NCBI GenBank assembly: GCA_977016875.1
Contig: CDRNST010000359.1
Span: forward strand, 372,001-436,000
Direction of reading: 5' to 3'
Source of the DNA: Pavona decussata
Lineage: Eukaryota
Length of the DNA stretch: 64,000 nt
Positions 27,174 through 39,924 of the stretch are shown here, one piece after another. Position 1 is the stretch's first letter. Every line of letters begins with the position of its first letter. Under the pieces are notes generated by a model. That model saw only the letters and a list, made by a program, of their open reading frames with translations. It ran no database searches and was not told where the DNA came from. Position numbers and translations under genes: made by a program.

Positions 27174-27839
27174 ATGGAGTGGACAGAAAACCACGATGTT
27201 ATTTTGTGCCGAGAAATTCTAGTTAGCGAGCCCTATAAATTCAAACCTCGAACATTGGAGAGAGGGAAGGTATGGGACGAAATAGCCGAAAGACTCAACA
27301 ACATCAAGGATCCAAAGTTTAAAGTCTCAAAGCGATCGATCCGAGAGCATTTCCAGCTTCTACTTTCAAAGTTCAAAACAAAAATGAAAACCGAGCAGCG
27401 GGCGTCTGGCATTGAAGTCGAAGATACCGAAGTTGATAAGGCCATGGAAGAAATTTATGAGAAATGGGAGGCTTCAGAAGGGGAGCAACTGAAAGGAAAG
27501 GAGAGCACGAAGAAAAAAGCTGAAGTAGATAAAGCTAGTGCGGAAGAAGTAAGGCTCAGAGCGACGGAAAAATTAAGCGAAACGAAAAAGAGAAAGAACG
27601 CCGAAGAGGGCTGTGCTGTCAAACCTAAGAAAACACGAAGAAACGGAGGAGAAACTGTAGAATTCCTAAGAGAAAAATCACAGAGGGATTACCAGTTTCG
27701 ACAAGAGGAGTTGCGAATAAAACAGAAAGAACAAGAAAATCTCCAAAGTATTCAACAACAACAACTGGAAATGATGAGGATGATGCAACAGCAAAATAAT
27801 GCTATGATGCTTCTTATGTCTAAATTTGTAAACAAATAG
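27174..27839 (+). CDS. Myb/SANT-like accessory protein (221 aa, open)
   Basis: MEWTENHDVILCREIL...W.EIAE.L...SIREHF motif, ASGIE and a Gln-rich coiled-coil tail. Confidence 0.88.
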   Translation: MEWTENHDVILCREILVSEPYKFKPRTLERGKVWDEIAERLNNIKDPKFKVSKRSIREHFQLLLSKFKTKMKTEQRASGIEVEDTEVDKAMEEIYEKWEASEGEQLKGKESTKKKAEVDKASAEEVRLRATEKLSETKKRKNAEEGCAVKPKKTRRNGGETVEFLREKSQRDYQFRQEELRIKQKEQENLQSIQQQQLEMMRMMQQQNNAMMLLMSKFVNK

Positions 27840-28050
27840 ACATTCCGTGCATTTATTAACTTGCAGACTGATAAATTGTCTCCGTTAAAACTTGTTGTCG
27901 TTTAATATGTACAGCTCGTTGTACTTAACAGTTTTATATGGGCTGTTCAGTTGAAGTTGTAGTTGTGAACAATGATCCTACTATTGTGATCTGACCGCAT
28001 GTAAGAACTTATGAAGCTTTGAAAATTTGTACACAAATTCACACAGTTTT

Positions 28051-29315
28051 TCAAATAAAGTAGTCTGCTAGTGTTGGAGGATCAAGGTGAAAGAACTCAG
28101 ATGTAGCGTTGCCGTAAAGACATGTAAGTGCGTTTCTCAGTATAGCACAAACTAGATACATTTTTCCAACACTGCTGAGGCCAATTTTAAGGTTTTTCTT
28201 GTAATCTATAAACTTGAAATAGTTCACTATGTCCCCAAACAGCCACTCCACTGCAACTCTCACTTCACTCATGGAGGTGTTGAATGCTTGCATGTCAGCC
28301 GTCAAGATAGCATTTCTGTATGGGGCTTGAAGTTGCACTCTTAGAGGGTATGCTGGACCTCCGTAGATACACATGGGTTGACCGAGGGGAGATACAGCAT
28401 GTAGCTACAACTGATGAAGCAACCCAGAATCTGCAAGCATCCCAGCATCATGCTTTCGGCCCTCTGAAAACAAAAGTTGATAAGATAATTGTCTCTAAAA
28501 AAAAGGATACTTATAACTTTCCCGGCAATTTATATTTTTCTATGTACGTTACCGTCGAAAATCAAACCTCGACTCATATAATAGCTCTCCGATAGGAAGT
28601 TTCTGCGGAAAATGCAGCTTTTCTTTGATGATAAATCGTATAAAAACAAGATACTCACCCACGGGTCCATACATGTTGGCAATCAGACCGTTTGGAAGAG
28701 CCACAGACTGAAACTTCAAACCATGCACGTGTTTATGCCCGTTGTATACAATTCGCTGATGTTCTCCTGGTCGGCTAATTGGCCTCACAGTGCCATCTAT
28801 GAAGCCAAAACAATTATCAAGGGCCGCTCCCTTTACGTGGATTGCATTTGCGTATTCTTGAAGTTGCGCTGGCTGTAAAATAGTGGGATTCCATTGCGTG
28901 ATTCGGTGGCTGTGATTGTTGTAAATGTAATCTATCACCTCGTTGGTAATCATGCTTAGTACCGGTGTGGGTCTTCCAAAGCGCGCTATCATATCCGAGT
29001 ATCGACATGGGTAAGCAAGTCTCCTCAGAAGCATGCAAAGGCCTTCCATACCATCGCTGATGGAACGCTGTCGGCACTTGAACACATCTGGAATCTGAAG
29101 GGCTTCAGCTAAAGCAGGCAGGTCATGTTTATTTACTCTAAACTCGGCAACACACTCTGAATTCTCCATCTCATCCAAGTCAAATGTAAATTCGTCGTAC
29201 GGCAAATCAAGGTTTTTGGAACGGTTCAGATCATAAGTAAATACTCGTCTTCTGAAATCAAATCATCGCACAGCGCCGCCGTTAACAAGTTTCTCGCATC
29301 CCTAAAAGAGGCCAT
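28051..29315 (-). pseudogene. Harbinger/HARBI1-like transposase, 2 exons (29315-28659, 28463-28051)
   Basis: GFIDGT, NGHKHVHGLKFQ, GRKHDA and VEWLFG motifs. N-terminal frameshift, an in-frame TAG, and YGDPAY changed to YGGPAY. Confidence 0.92.
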
Positions 29316-31039
29316 AGTGAAGCGAAACCTGACCGACGCGACCTCTGCTTGCTTAAGTTTAAACTTTGCGCGCCAAAGGACAGCGTTCTAGCCCCATTCC
29401 CCCCCGTCATGGGTTGCCGTCCTCGTGCTCGCCGTCCAGGGTTGCTTAAGGTCCCTAATATCTGGTCCTCCAGGGGGTTATCCCTTTACGGGAAGGTTAC
29501 TATTATCAAAACTCTGCTCTTGCCGAAAGTTGTTTACATATCTTCTTTGCTACCTACCCCTGAACATATAGTGAAAGAATTAAACTATTTGATATACAAT
29601 TTCCTATGGAAAGGTAAAGACAAAGTAACTAGAGTATCTGCAATAAATAATTATGAGGGAGGGGGCCTCAAAATGGTTGATGTTGAAAGCATGATCAAAT
29701 CTCTCCGCCTCTCCTGGCTGAAAAGAATCTTTGGTGATAATTCAGGCGTATGGAAAAGCTATTTAGAATATCTTCTAAAAGAAGCAGGTGATCTGGTTCT
29801 TTTTAATTGCAATTATAATATTAAAGACTTGAATATTAATTCTCAATTCTATGCAGAGTTATTGAAATGGTGATCTGAGTTTGGCAAAGACAATGCAAAT
29901 GATACTAACTGGCATTACTTTATTTGGAATAATCAAGAAATACGATTAAACAAGAAACCAGTTTTCTATAAAAGGTACTTCAATAATGGGATTCGAACTG
30001 TGGGCGACTTACGCTTTGATCTTAATAATATCGACTCTTATGAATTACAGGCAAAATACATAGAGAAGACGAATTTTCTGGAATGGACTGGTCTACGCCA
30101 CTCCATACCGCTCAATTTAAGAAATGCTAATTATAAACGGGATCCCATAGTCCTAATCCATCCTTCAAAACTGACAGTGGTCTTTTCGATGTAACTAAAA
30201 AGAAATCTAAAGATTACTATTCCCTTTTTGTCCGTAAAAAGGCACGCTTCCCTAATCATGCGCAAAAACTAAAGTGTGAATTTAATTTATCTGATGAGGC
30301 GTTGAAAAAAGCTTTCTGTCTTCCCCATTCAGTTGCTTTTGAGCCATACGTTCAGGGCTTTCAGTTTAAGGTATTAAACTCTATACTTTACACTAATTCA
30401 AAATTACATAAAATCGGCTATATTTCAGACAATCTGTGCTCTTTTTGCAAACGGGAATCAGAAACCATACAGCATCTCTTTTATAATTGTTCTTACACAA
30501 TTACTTTTTGGAAAGACTTTGAATTATATTACTTATCCCTGACAAAACAACAAATACATCTTGAGTTGAGAGATATTTTAATCGGTGTTCTAACACCAGA
30601 ATGCCCCTTACTAAATTACCTGTTACTTATAGGAAAAATTTATTTATGAGGGTGTAGGAGAAATAACGAACTTCCGAATATAGGTGGTTACAAATTTAAA
30701 GTATCGTTAAAGTATGACAGAGAAATTTATTTGTACGAAAAATAATACATTAGACATATTTAAAAAGAAATGGACAATACTTAGACCTATTTAATATATA
30801 TATGACTTGTACGGGTGTGACTTTGAATTTTTTGTGAGTGAGTGCATGAGAGCATGAGATGAGTGAGTGTTGTGAATGGTGTGTTAGCGGGCCAGCGAGT
30901 GAGTAAGCTAATTGTAACATTGTACAAAGTGTAAGTAAGTGCGTAAGTACTGTCTAGTTTATTATTGTATGTAACTGTGTGTTTTCTCGCAAATAAAAAA
31001 AAATCACCCACAAAAGCTAAGAAGAACTCTAATGGTGTG

Positions 31040-34000
31040 CGCCAATGATTAGGGCAGAAACTTCGAATGAGCGTCCACGTTTATTCAACAGAGAATCAAA
31101 ATGCAAAACTAACCCACTCGCGAAGCGAACAGGTAACCAAGGTAATAATAGAGATATGCGAACTATGGTGTGAAGTAAAGCGTGAACTATGCACAACAAT
31201 AAAACTATGCGAGTAATGGCGTGACTTCTTCCTCTCGCTTACAAATGAAGAAAAAAAGGAACAACAAAGCAAAGCGAAGCTAAACTACAGGAAAAATGAC
31301 AGTCGTGCAATGGGTAAAATTCTCAGCGCACTGGCGAAGTAGCACAGCTAAAGGAGACAAACAAAAACGAAAGTTAATTACGCAGTTCACAACTAAGTTA
31401 CATAGTCACTAAGATAAGCGGGGCGGCGAGTTGAACGGCTGGATCTGCGTGGACCGGAACTAGCAGAGGAGGAGGTTTGTTCGGAGAGTGGAACACTAAA
31501 ATCGTCTGACAGCGGTGGAGTAAGAGAGTCTCTTCGATCTGCAAGAGGACCAGCCGTAGCGAAGTGGGGAGCGTTTCCCTCCGGAGCTGGAGAAAGCTCG
31601 GAATCTGAACAAGTGTCAGCTGCTTGAGGATCTGGAGGTGTAGCGAGCTCGACAGGAACCACAGGGACAAACGGGCTAGGAGGGGGCGGAGGTACAGGAA
31701 CAGGATTGGTTTCCTCATTAAAGCATTCATCACTACGAGGTTCCACGGCGACATCTTCACAATAGGAATCAGCGTTGTAACGACGGGAGAGGTTGAACGA
31801 GGGGTCAACGTGCTCAGGAACGTGATAACACTCAGACCGTTTGACGCGATAAGAGGTAGAACGCAACTGGGAACCGGTAAACTTCCGCACATTACACCAC
31901 AGGCCCTTAACAGAAACCACGAGATATCGATCACGAGCACGATTCTTGGAGCCGTCAGAGGTAATGAAAACGAGATCGCCTACTTCAACAGACGGTGAAG
32001 TGGGAGGACTGCGCCCAGGAGTCTTGGATCTCTCGCTAACTGGGTGGTTTCTGAGGCGTGAGGAGTGCTGCTCTCTGAGAAGCTGGAGATCCGTTACAGG
32101 AATCTGCCAGTTAGTGAACTGGTCGCGCTGAACCCACATCTCTCGGGCAGACAATCCTCTGTTGCGGATACAGGTATTGAGATTAGCGGTCGCCACAGCC
32201 AAGGAAAGGGGGGAGATTGGGCCACCCCCTGGACAAATACGTAGAAGTTCGTCCCCAAGTTTGGCAATGCACTTTTCAGCCACAGGGTTCTTATTAGGGT
32301 TCTTGATACGCAAGACCATATTGCCGAAGAGTTTCATCGCTTGACAATGCGGAAAAGCCAGGAGTGGGATCTACTCTTACGACGGAAGGGGGACCAGCCA
32401 GGGGACGCAGCTCAAGGCATAAGCGGAGAAGACCGTTACAAATTGATTCGCGCCGCTCATCATCCAATAAACAGGTGGCTGTGAAGGAGGTTGTGGTCTC
32501 GCAGACGACAAGTATCAACTGACGGTAGCGCTTTATGATGTCCGCGGCGAAGGATATACCAACACCGTCAGGAGGATCAGAGGTAGACTGCTCAACGAGG
32601 CTGGAGGGAACCTTTTTCAGGGAAGAGCACAGGTGGCAACACTGGGAGCACCGGTCCAGGGCTTTGTCAAGGTCCAACGCGAAGAAGTAACGCTGAGTAA
32701 CCAGCTTTATCTGGTGGCGCGAAGGATGGTCCAGTTTCACATGTAAGGCGGTGAGAAAGCTATCTATGACAGAGGGAGGGATGACTATACACTCTCTTGG
32801 CGGAGAAAAAGGTTCATCTCATCTAACAACAAGGAGACCGTCACGAGAAATGGAGACTGAGTTCAGGTAACGCTTGACGTCCTTGATGTTTGTCAATTTC
32901 TTTGAGGGACGAGTACCTTGCTTAAGATGAGAGTGAACTCGTCTGAGATCCGGACACTCTAATTGAGTTTGAAGCCAGGCGGCACGACTTGTAAAGGGCA
33001 GAGAGGCCTGTCCGGACAGTACGTCCTGAACAGAAATAGGACGAACAGCCAAGTCCTCAGCTTCTGACACGAATGAACAAACCTGGCAACGGGGGACATC
33101 ACAGGCAGGGGCGTTTCGACTGGCGAAATCAGAATTGAGGTTCGCAGAGCCAGCTAAGTGGAGCAGTGAGACTTGGTAACGACTAACTGCTGATAAGAAA
33201 GACGTCACACGAGGGCTGGAAGAAAACTGACCCCGGCATAACTTTTCGAACGCTTGTACACAAGGTTTGCTGTCAGTTAGGACATAAGACTTCGGCTTGG
33301 CTTGGATTATGTAAGGAGCGAAATGCTTGACAGCGGCAGCAATAGACAGAGCCTCTATTTCACAGGGCAGCCAGGAGGCTTGATGTTTTTTGAACTTAGC
33401 ACTGAAGAAGCCGGCGAGATGCAGTTTCTGGTTGCGAAGAACATAGAGGGTGGCGCCAAGTCCACTCATCTTGACGGAACCGTCGGTTACGATCCATAGC
33501 TGATCCTCAGGCTTTGGCAGGGTGATGGATTTGTTGGAAGTAAGCACCTCTTGGCAAGAGCGGAAACATACAAGGAGCTCATCAGACCAGGTCACTGTGT
33601 CCTGAGATTGGCGGCCAGCTGCAAGAGACTCAAGTGGAGCGAGGTACTTAGCGCAGCCACTCAAGACTCGTCCAAGCATTTTATAGGAACCAACAAAGGA
33701 GCGGAGACCGCGAACATTCTTAGGAGGCTAACACGACGCTAGAGCAGCTACACGATGAGGTGAAGCATGGATAGAGCCTTGGCACCATATCCAACCGAGA
33801 ATGGTGGTGGAGGCAGGACAAACGACGGTCTTTTCGGGGGAAAGGCGCAGATTACAGCGGTCTAAAGCGGAAAGGACCTTCCGCTAGTTCATGAGGAGCT
33901 CTTGAGGAGTATCCCCGCCGCAGTAAAGGTCGTCGGCTATCTTAGCAACGCACCCTTCTTGTAGGAGGTCGCCAAGGACACGGCACATCAACTCTTCTAA

Positions 34001-36667
34001 GGCTGTCTCGGAACCAGGGATACCCATGGCACAACGTGTGTAGACGCGGACCCCTTTAAAAGGGGTAACTACGCCGCAATACTTCATTGAATCCTTTGAA
34101 AGAGGAATTTGATAAAAAGCCTTGGATAGATCGGAGACCACGATGTACTTCCAGCGGGCAATCTTTAGAAGGGTGGAATCTACGTCCGGCATTAGCGAAG
34201 GTTGAGGTTTGCTGTAACGGCCTACATTGGTAAAGGCTGTGACCAGGCGAAAGCCACCATTTTTCTTTTTCACCAGGAAAGAAGGGTTGAGGTACTCGAC
34301 AACAACCTTCAGGTCTTCGGGGCGGCGGAAGACACCTTGAGCCTCTAGTTCATCGAACTTGCTCTGGAGCAGATGAAGTTGATCTCGCAAGTACTGTGGA
34401 ACGCGGCCTTTGCGCTGGGGAGGCTCTACAGGACCCATGTTCACAATTCCTTTGATGGGACCAGCTGTTCCGTTATAACCAGGGATGCGAGGATCGAAGA
34501 CAATTTGAAATTCCTTCAGAAGAGAGTTGAAAGAAGCTTTCTGAGAGGAGGACAATAAACCATCAGGATCTACTGACACTGACTCGGCAGGCTTAAGGAG
34601 AGGTGCCGTTAGCATACTCGGTGCCGGGTAAGTTTCGACCAGAGAAGGATCTGAAGCAGGATCAGGAACGGTTAGGCGCGCTTGGCAGAAATGATCGTTC
34701 TTACGAATCAGTAAGGGCTCATCAGTGTCATTGAGAAGTCTCAGTTTACCCCCGACAGCTTGGACGATGACGGGTTGTGGCCATGCGTGTGTAGGTTTAC
34801 GGTGATTAGATGAGACTAAGTCAGTACGAGGCTCGATGGCGAGTGGAGAATCTTTAAGAAACTCTGAAGGGGCGTCGTCTACAGACAGTAGTGTTGGCGC
34901 AAGGAGCACGTAGGAGGTGACAGGCTCTAACAGCGTGATGGGCTTGAGAGATCTGAGAAGAATCATAAGATGCTACATCACACCCAGCAATAATGATCTC
35001 ATGTTTGGCAGGGCGAACAGCTATGTCATTTGAAGTCATGAACGGAGTCCCAGCTAGTATATCCACGTCTAAGTCCTGTACAACGAGGGCCTCCAGCATA
35101 AGGGATCTGCCACGGCGAACCAGCTGGAGACGGGTCTCACCAACAACGGAGTACGACCATCAGCTTGTAGGGCGGTCTGGGTGCTTTTAGTGACCTTTGC
35201 ACCGATGTGTTTGGCTAGAGAAGCCCTCATCATGTTCGTTTCAACGCCAGTATCAATAGTTAAACGTAAAGGATGGTGACGAAAAAAGGCGTGAAGAAAC
35301 GGAGACTGGGATATATTAACACGTCGGGAAACAGTTGACTCCATTGTAGGAAGGACACCAGGGCCACAATTCTGCATCACGGGTGTGTCTAGGGGAACTG
35401 GAGACTCCACTGGGTTGGAATTCTGATAACAATCACAACTGTTCATATCGACGTCAAGGCTAGCCACTTGTCGAATTCTAGACATGAAAAGGCGGTCAGA
35501 CTCAGGCAAGAACTTGCAATTACTCAAGAAGTGAGAGTGAGAATCGGGGTGTCCAGCCTGTTGGCACAGAGGGCACACCTTCAATGGTCGCGGTTTGGGA
35601 GGGCCTCTGCGACGGGTAAAAGCAAACAATGCGCGATGTTCCGTTTGAGAAGCAGAGCGGAGGATTTTAGATTCATCGCTGGTGTGAAGCTCGACGAGAA
35701 GTGAATCAAGTGCTTGGGAAATTTCCGGTTTCACGGAGGCGAGAGTTCTGCAACGTAACTCAGTACCATAGCGCTGTTTGACGAGCCGAGGTAGGTTTGG
35801 ATGTAGCAAACGAAGCCAAGTTAACACCATATAATTTTCTAGAGAAGGCGAAAGTTCCTCGTCGGCCACAGGAGCCTCACTGTGATGAGTAATACCGCTA
35901 GAAGTTGTGAGAAGATTATCCTCAACGAAGGCCATCAAGCTTTGGAACAAATCCTCTGGACGTTGCTCAGGTTTCAGAGAAATATACGCGAGATCTAAGA
36001 ACCGTGAACCAGTGGACTGAAGGCCATAATGCTGTCGGATCGCTTGCCAAACGCCGTTTATAGAAGTTGAGTTCTTAACGATGGAATTCCTAGAAATAAT
36101 TGGAGAATAGTTCGCTATTTGGCCAAGCATCATTTCCAGATGTGTCACCTTCTGAGCTGCAGTTCTTCTTCGGGCCGCAGGAACAGATTCAGGATCATTT
36201 GAGAAACCGCGAAGAGGCGAAGCATTCGTTTTCTTACCCCAGGACGAACCATCGGTAAGAAAATCTGCAAAATTAGGATCGAGGGACAAAATATACTTTA
36301 GGTTGTTCTCCCAAGCCTCAATTGAAGTAATTGTTTCGTTCGAGGTTAGCGACCACTGTTTCGGCGCTCTATGGGAAGTCATCTTGAAGAGTTAAACTCA
36401 CGAAATTCAGACACAATCAATCGAAGGGGCGAAAAGAACACTTTGACGTCTTTTGTGGGTCCGTTGAACCGAAACGCTGCCACCACGCCAATGATTAGGG
36501 CAGAAACTTCGAACGAGCGTCCACGTTTATTCAACAGAGAATCAAAATGCAAAACTAACCCACTCGCGAAGCGAACAAGTAACCAAGGTAACAATAGAGA
36601 TATGCGAACTATGGTGTGAACTAAAGCGTGAACTATGCACAACAATAAAACTATGCGAGTAATGGCG
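31040..36667 (-). mobile_element. Full-length Gypsy-like LTR retrotransposon with CG...CG LTRs and 3-bp TSD (Troyka-like)
   Basis: 182-bp LTRs at 31040-31221 and 36486-36667 (4 mismatches), PBS TGGTGGCAGCG, polypurine tract GAGAGGAAGAAG, GTG TSD, domain order gag-PR-RT-RH-IN. Confidence 0.92.
31393..36382 (-). pseudogene. gag-pol polyprotein (several stops and frameshifts)
   Basis: Gag HRAPKQW, protease IDTG, RT DLSKAF/IADD, RNase H VTDGS/TDSKP, integrase HHCC and FAAD...VRVD...NPVAE. Confidence 0.93.
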
Positions 36668-36759
36668 GTGGGGTTATCAGGAAGCCTAAAATTAATGCCA
36701 CAAGCTGAAACAAGTGGGGTCATCAGGAAGCCTAAAATTAATGCCACAAGCTGAAACAA
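36668..36759. repeat. 46-bp tandem duplication of piggyBac sequence abutting the LTR
   Basis: gtggggtYatcaggaagcctaaaattaatgccacaagctgaaacaa twice. Confidence 0.9.
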
Positions 36760-38199
36760 AATCAGGAATGCAAAAATCCGAAAGCTGATCGGTCCATCAA
36801 AGTTCATCGGGGTTTTCTTCTTCATCACTTACCCCTGGTTGTGCCTCTCCTTCTTCGTTGTCTTCTTCATCACTGACTAGATCGCTGAAAACAAGATTGG
36901 AATCAGAGTTAGAATTATTCCCCTCTAGAGAAAACCCAAAGAAACTGATGCATTGCCTGAGGCATCAAGAACTGATGCGTCGTCTGAAACGTGATCTGTG
37001 TTTGCAGGCATTGTAATTCAATCGCGCGCGAGAAAAAAAATTCTCAGAAACTCCAGACATCATGGCCCCTCATATCACCTGTAAAAACTGCACAAAACAC
37101 AGCATCTGATTGGTTGATATGTCCTCTTGGTATCTGTGACAACAAGAACAGACAGAAAAGACCCTGGAGGGTGGGGAGGGCTCTTTTGTGTTCGTGCCTT
37201 CATGCGGCCTGTTTTTGCCTGCATGGGACATAGAGGGGACCTTTTCCGGCGGCCGGCTATGGCCTGTCACGTTGTGGTCAAAAGACACAATGGGTTAAAA
37301 GATAACAATGCAATAAATAGCAAAGTTATTGTTGATAACTTTAGTTTTACTTATCAATTCGCTTCGGTAAAGTGAAGTTGTTTTGCAAGGTCTTATTTTT
37401 CCTGCGCTGTAGAAAGTGCAATTGCAACAAATCCCGCCAAGGACATAAAAAAGAGGAGTTTTTCTGACAGTTAAGTCGAACAAAAAAGTTCTGTTTGCTT
37501 CTCATTATTATCCTAAAAAAGCTCTACATCCATTTACAGGTTAGGGTAAGATAGACTCACACCTGTTTACCTGACTTGAAATGCTCGCCAAAAACATTTA
37601 CATTGTGTGTTAGCAAAAAGCAGAAATTGTTCTGGTCGCTCAAAGGTTTTCCTTTCAGTGATGAGCAATTCCTATCATTTAGTATACACATTTCATCATT
37701 CTACTCACGTTTTGGACAAGCACGTAGGATAATCCCAAGATAGGTTTGCTGCTTCCCCTGAAGGCGACATTTGACTTTTACCTCACCAAGTACTTGGAAT
37801 TCCCCTATCGATATACAACAAGACTTTGGCATTACGCTCACAGTTTTTGTCGCTCGGAAAGTATATGCAACCATATAAATTTTCTGCCATAGCCTCAGCT
37901 CAAAAGTGAACGCCCAAAAACTTATTGAACAAAACTGTACCAAATGGCCAACCCTTTTACCAACTCCACAAGACAAGAAACTAAAATGTAAAAAAGTAAG
38001 CAAATGAAATAATACATCAGATCGACAGGGAATCACTGAGTCGAGCTTCTGATTTGTATTTTTGGGAAGTTATGATTTGAAAAGTGACAGGTAATCCCAA
38101 ATCTTTTTCTACTGACCTCTATTTTTTATGATTATATTGTATGAGGAATGTCACTATGGGCTTTGTACTGCTATATAGTTTATGGTTGTTGCATTTAAG

Positions 38200-39190
38200 G
38201 CAGCGCGCAAAGATTCTTTTACGCGAAGGACACTTCCGAAGGTATCTGGTAACCGTAAGTAGTTTCGTAGGATTTTGCTTGGTGTATGGCTTCATGGCGA
38301 TTCTTGATGCCCGTTGATTTGATTTTTAAGGTGTTGTTGTAGTTCCTTTCCTTGATGAGTTTGCATAGGCCAGGGTCAATTTCTGTTTGTATAGTTAGCT
38401 TGAGTGTAGTAGTCTTGAAGTGTTCAGAGGTAGGGATGTAATTTGTTCCTTTGTTCGAAAGGTTGACAAAATCAGTTGGCAGGGTGAGGTTGGTGAAATT
38501 GTGGACCTTATCAGTGGAGATTAGTCTGTTTTTCTCAGATTGCAGTTTGTTTTGTCTGAAAAGTTAAGTTTCTGCCTCCAGATGTGAAAAATGGTGAGAG
38601 ATGAATTAAGTTTGTTGCTGCGTGTCCTGAGGTAGTATCCGTGACATAAGTTTATTCTTTGGAGATGCTGAGCTCTCTTTTGATGCTTAGATTTTTTCTA
38701 TTATTTAGTTTGATGTAAGAGAGGTTACAGTCAAGGAGTTTATTTTCGTTTTCCAGAAGTTAGATGTTTGAGAGGATTTCAGTTGTAGGTCTATCAGTAG
38801 AGGAAGAAGCGATAGTGTTGATTTTTCCTTTGTTGTTCTTGTAGGTAGTGGTTGTAAGCATTGATTTGATATTGAAAATCATTGCCATATTACGTGCTTT
38901 GGCTTTGGAGAGACTGTGGACAGAAAAAAATCACTCTTCTTTGCTTAAAATAGGATTTGGATTTTAATGATTTCCAAATCCAATGTCGATTGACAGTAAT
39001 GCTAGGAGCTGTTTGTTATTGTCGTTCTGTTCTTGTTTTTTGTAGTTTTCTGTCAAGCTTGTATTTGATTTTTTTTCTTGTTTTACTTTCTTCGATAATA
39101 TTGTATGAGTAGAGTTGTTGGTAGTAGGATCTTGGTTGTTCGTCATGTTTCCAGTTGGTGTTTTGTAAATTTGTAAATTCAAAATTTAAT
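38200..39190 (-). mobile_element. Penelope-like element N-terminal fragment
   Basis: 38310-38745 is clearly homologous to 46125-46575 (NFTNLTLPTDFVNLF.KG), with the same strand bias. Confidence 0.65.
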
Positions 39191-39419
39191 GAAAATTAGA
39201 GGTTGACTTTAGTGCTTTTAGTTTAAAATAAATATAAACATGTAATGAGTGTGTAAGCCGTTTACGGTCAGTTCCTACCATGGTCAGATCATTCCAAGTC
39301 AGATCGTTCCACAATGAAGTAAGATCATTCCACTTAGGAAGAGTCAAGAAAACATTCTTACTCGATGAAAATGTCATTATTGGTACCCGGTCATATTTGC
39401 GATGAAATTTAAATAGATA

Positions 39420-39597
39420 CAGTCGAACCTCTTTATTACGGACACCAAGGGGACAGGAATAAGTGTCCGTATTATAGAGGTGTCCGTTTTAGAGAGGTAA
39501 GCCTTACGTGGATTTCGGTCTCTAAGGGACCAAGTGAACTGTCCATAATAGAGAGGTGTCTGTATTATAGAGGTGTCCATAAGGAGAGGTTCGACTG
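39420..39597. mobile_element. Tc1/mariner (pogo-type) MITE
   Basis: TA|cagtcgaacctct...agaggttcgactg|TA, 178 bp. Confidence 0.88.
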
Positions 39598-39924
39598 TAC
39601 TACCCTTACTCTTCGTTCTGATTGATCATATAAACAGAGCTCAGAATTTTCACTCGAATAACACTCGTGGAGCGACAACCTAGACTCGATCTATCATGTA
39701 AACAGTTCATCGCCTTGATCGATCGTATGAGCATTATTCGGTCATGTTTGTAGTATAAAATCAATACGAGGATACTCTATCGATCCTGTGACTGACCGTC
39801 TGATCTTTCTGATCGTTTATGTAAGCAACTGAACTTACACTTGAATAACACTTGTGGAGTGATCTATGAACTATTGAAAATATTTTTTATCTGACCATTT
39901 CTAAGTGGAACGATCTGACTTTAT

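Larger units (their letters stand above)
26653..29456. mobile_element. Compact two-gene Harbinger-type element with AAT TSD (Pangu-like)
   Basis: 28-bp TIR a(gg/cc)gaccttaagcaaccctggacggcga; AAT TSD at 26650-26652 and 29457-29459. Confidence 0.92.
23891..30789 (+). pseudogene. LINE ORF2 (APE endonuclease, RT, C-terminal Zn finger), disrupted
   Basis: SLNVRG, QETH, GGDFN, TDH, KSPGNDG, GVRQGDPLSP, QYADD and CSFC...ETIQHLF..C motifs; stops, frameshifts and two insertions at 26255-29456. Confidence 0.95.
23141..31002 (+). mobile_element. L1/Tx1-clade non-LTR retrotransposon, 5'-truncated in ORF1
   Basis: 14-bp TSD atcacccacaaaag (23127-23140 and 31003-31016), AATAAA plus A-tail, ORF1 C-terminus and ORF2. 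Confidence 0.95.
19599..37294 (-). mobile_element. piggyBac transposon (about 2.3 kb net) expanded by nested insertions
   Basis: TTAA|CCCATTG at 19595-19605 and CAATGGG|TTAA at 37288-37298. Transposase pieces in order: acidic N-terminus (36.7-36.96 kb), EFFLAFVGDDLLDHIV, AVDEG, VYFDNF, GVDLAD and Cys-rich tail. Confidence 0.9.

Noticed and set aside
29349-29873. Stand-alone 174-aa gene
   Set aside because: It is the Harbinger terminus read into the resumed LINE ORF2.
31035-36672. 5-bp TSD gtgtg/gtggg for the Gypsy-like element
   Set aside because: It is mismatched and breaks the host piggyBac frame; the 3-bp GTG is exact and frame-restoring.
36379-36828. 149-aa hydrophobic ORF suggesting a membrane or env protein
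   Set aside because: It runs across piggyBac sequence, the 46-bp duplication, the LTR and the PBS, so it is a chance chimeric frame.
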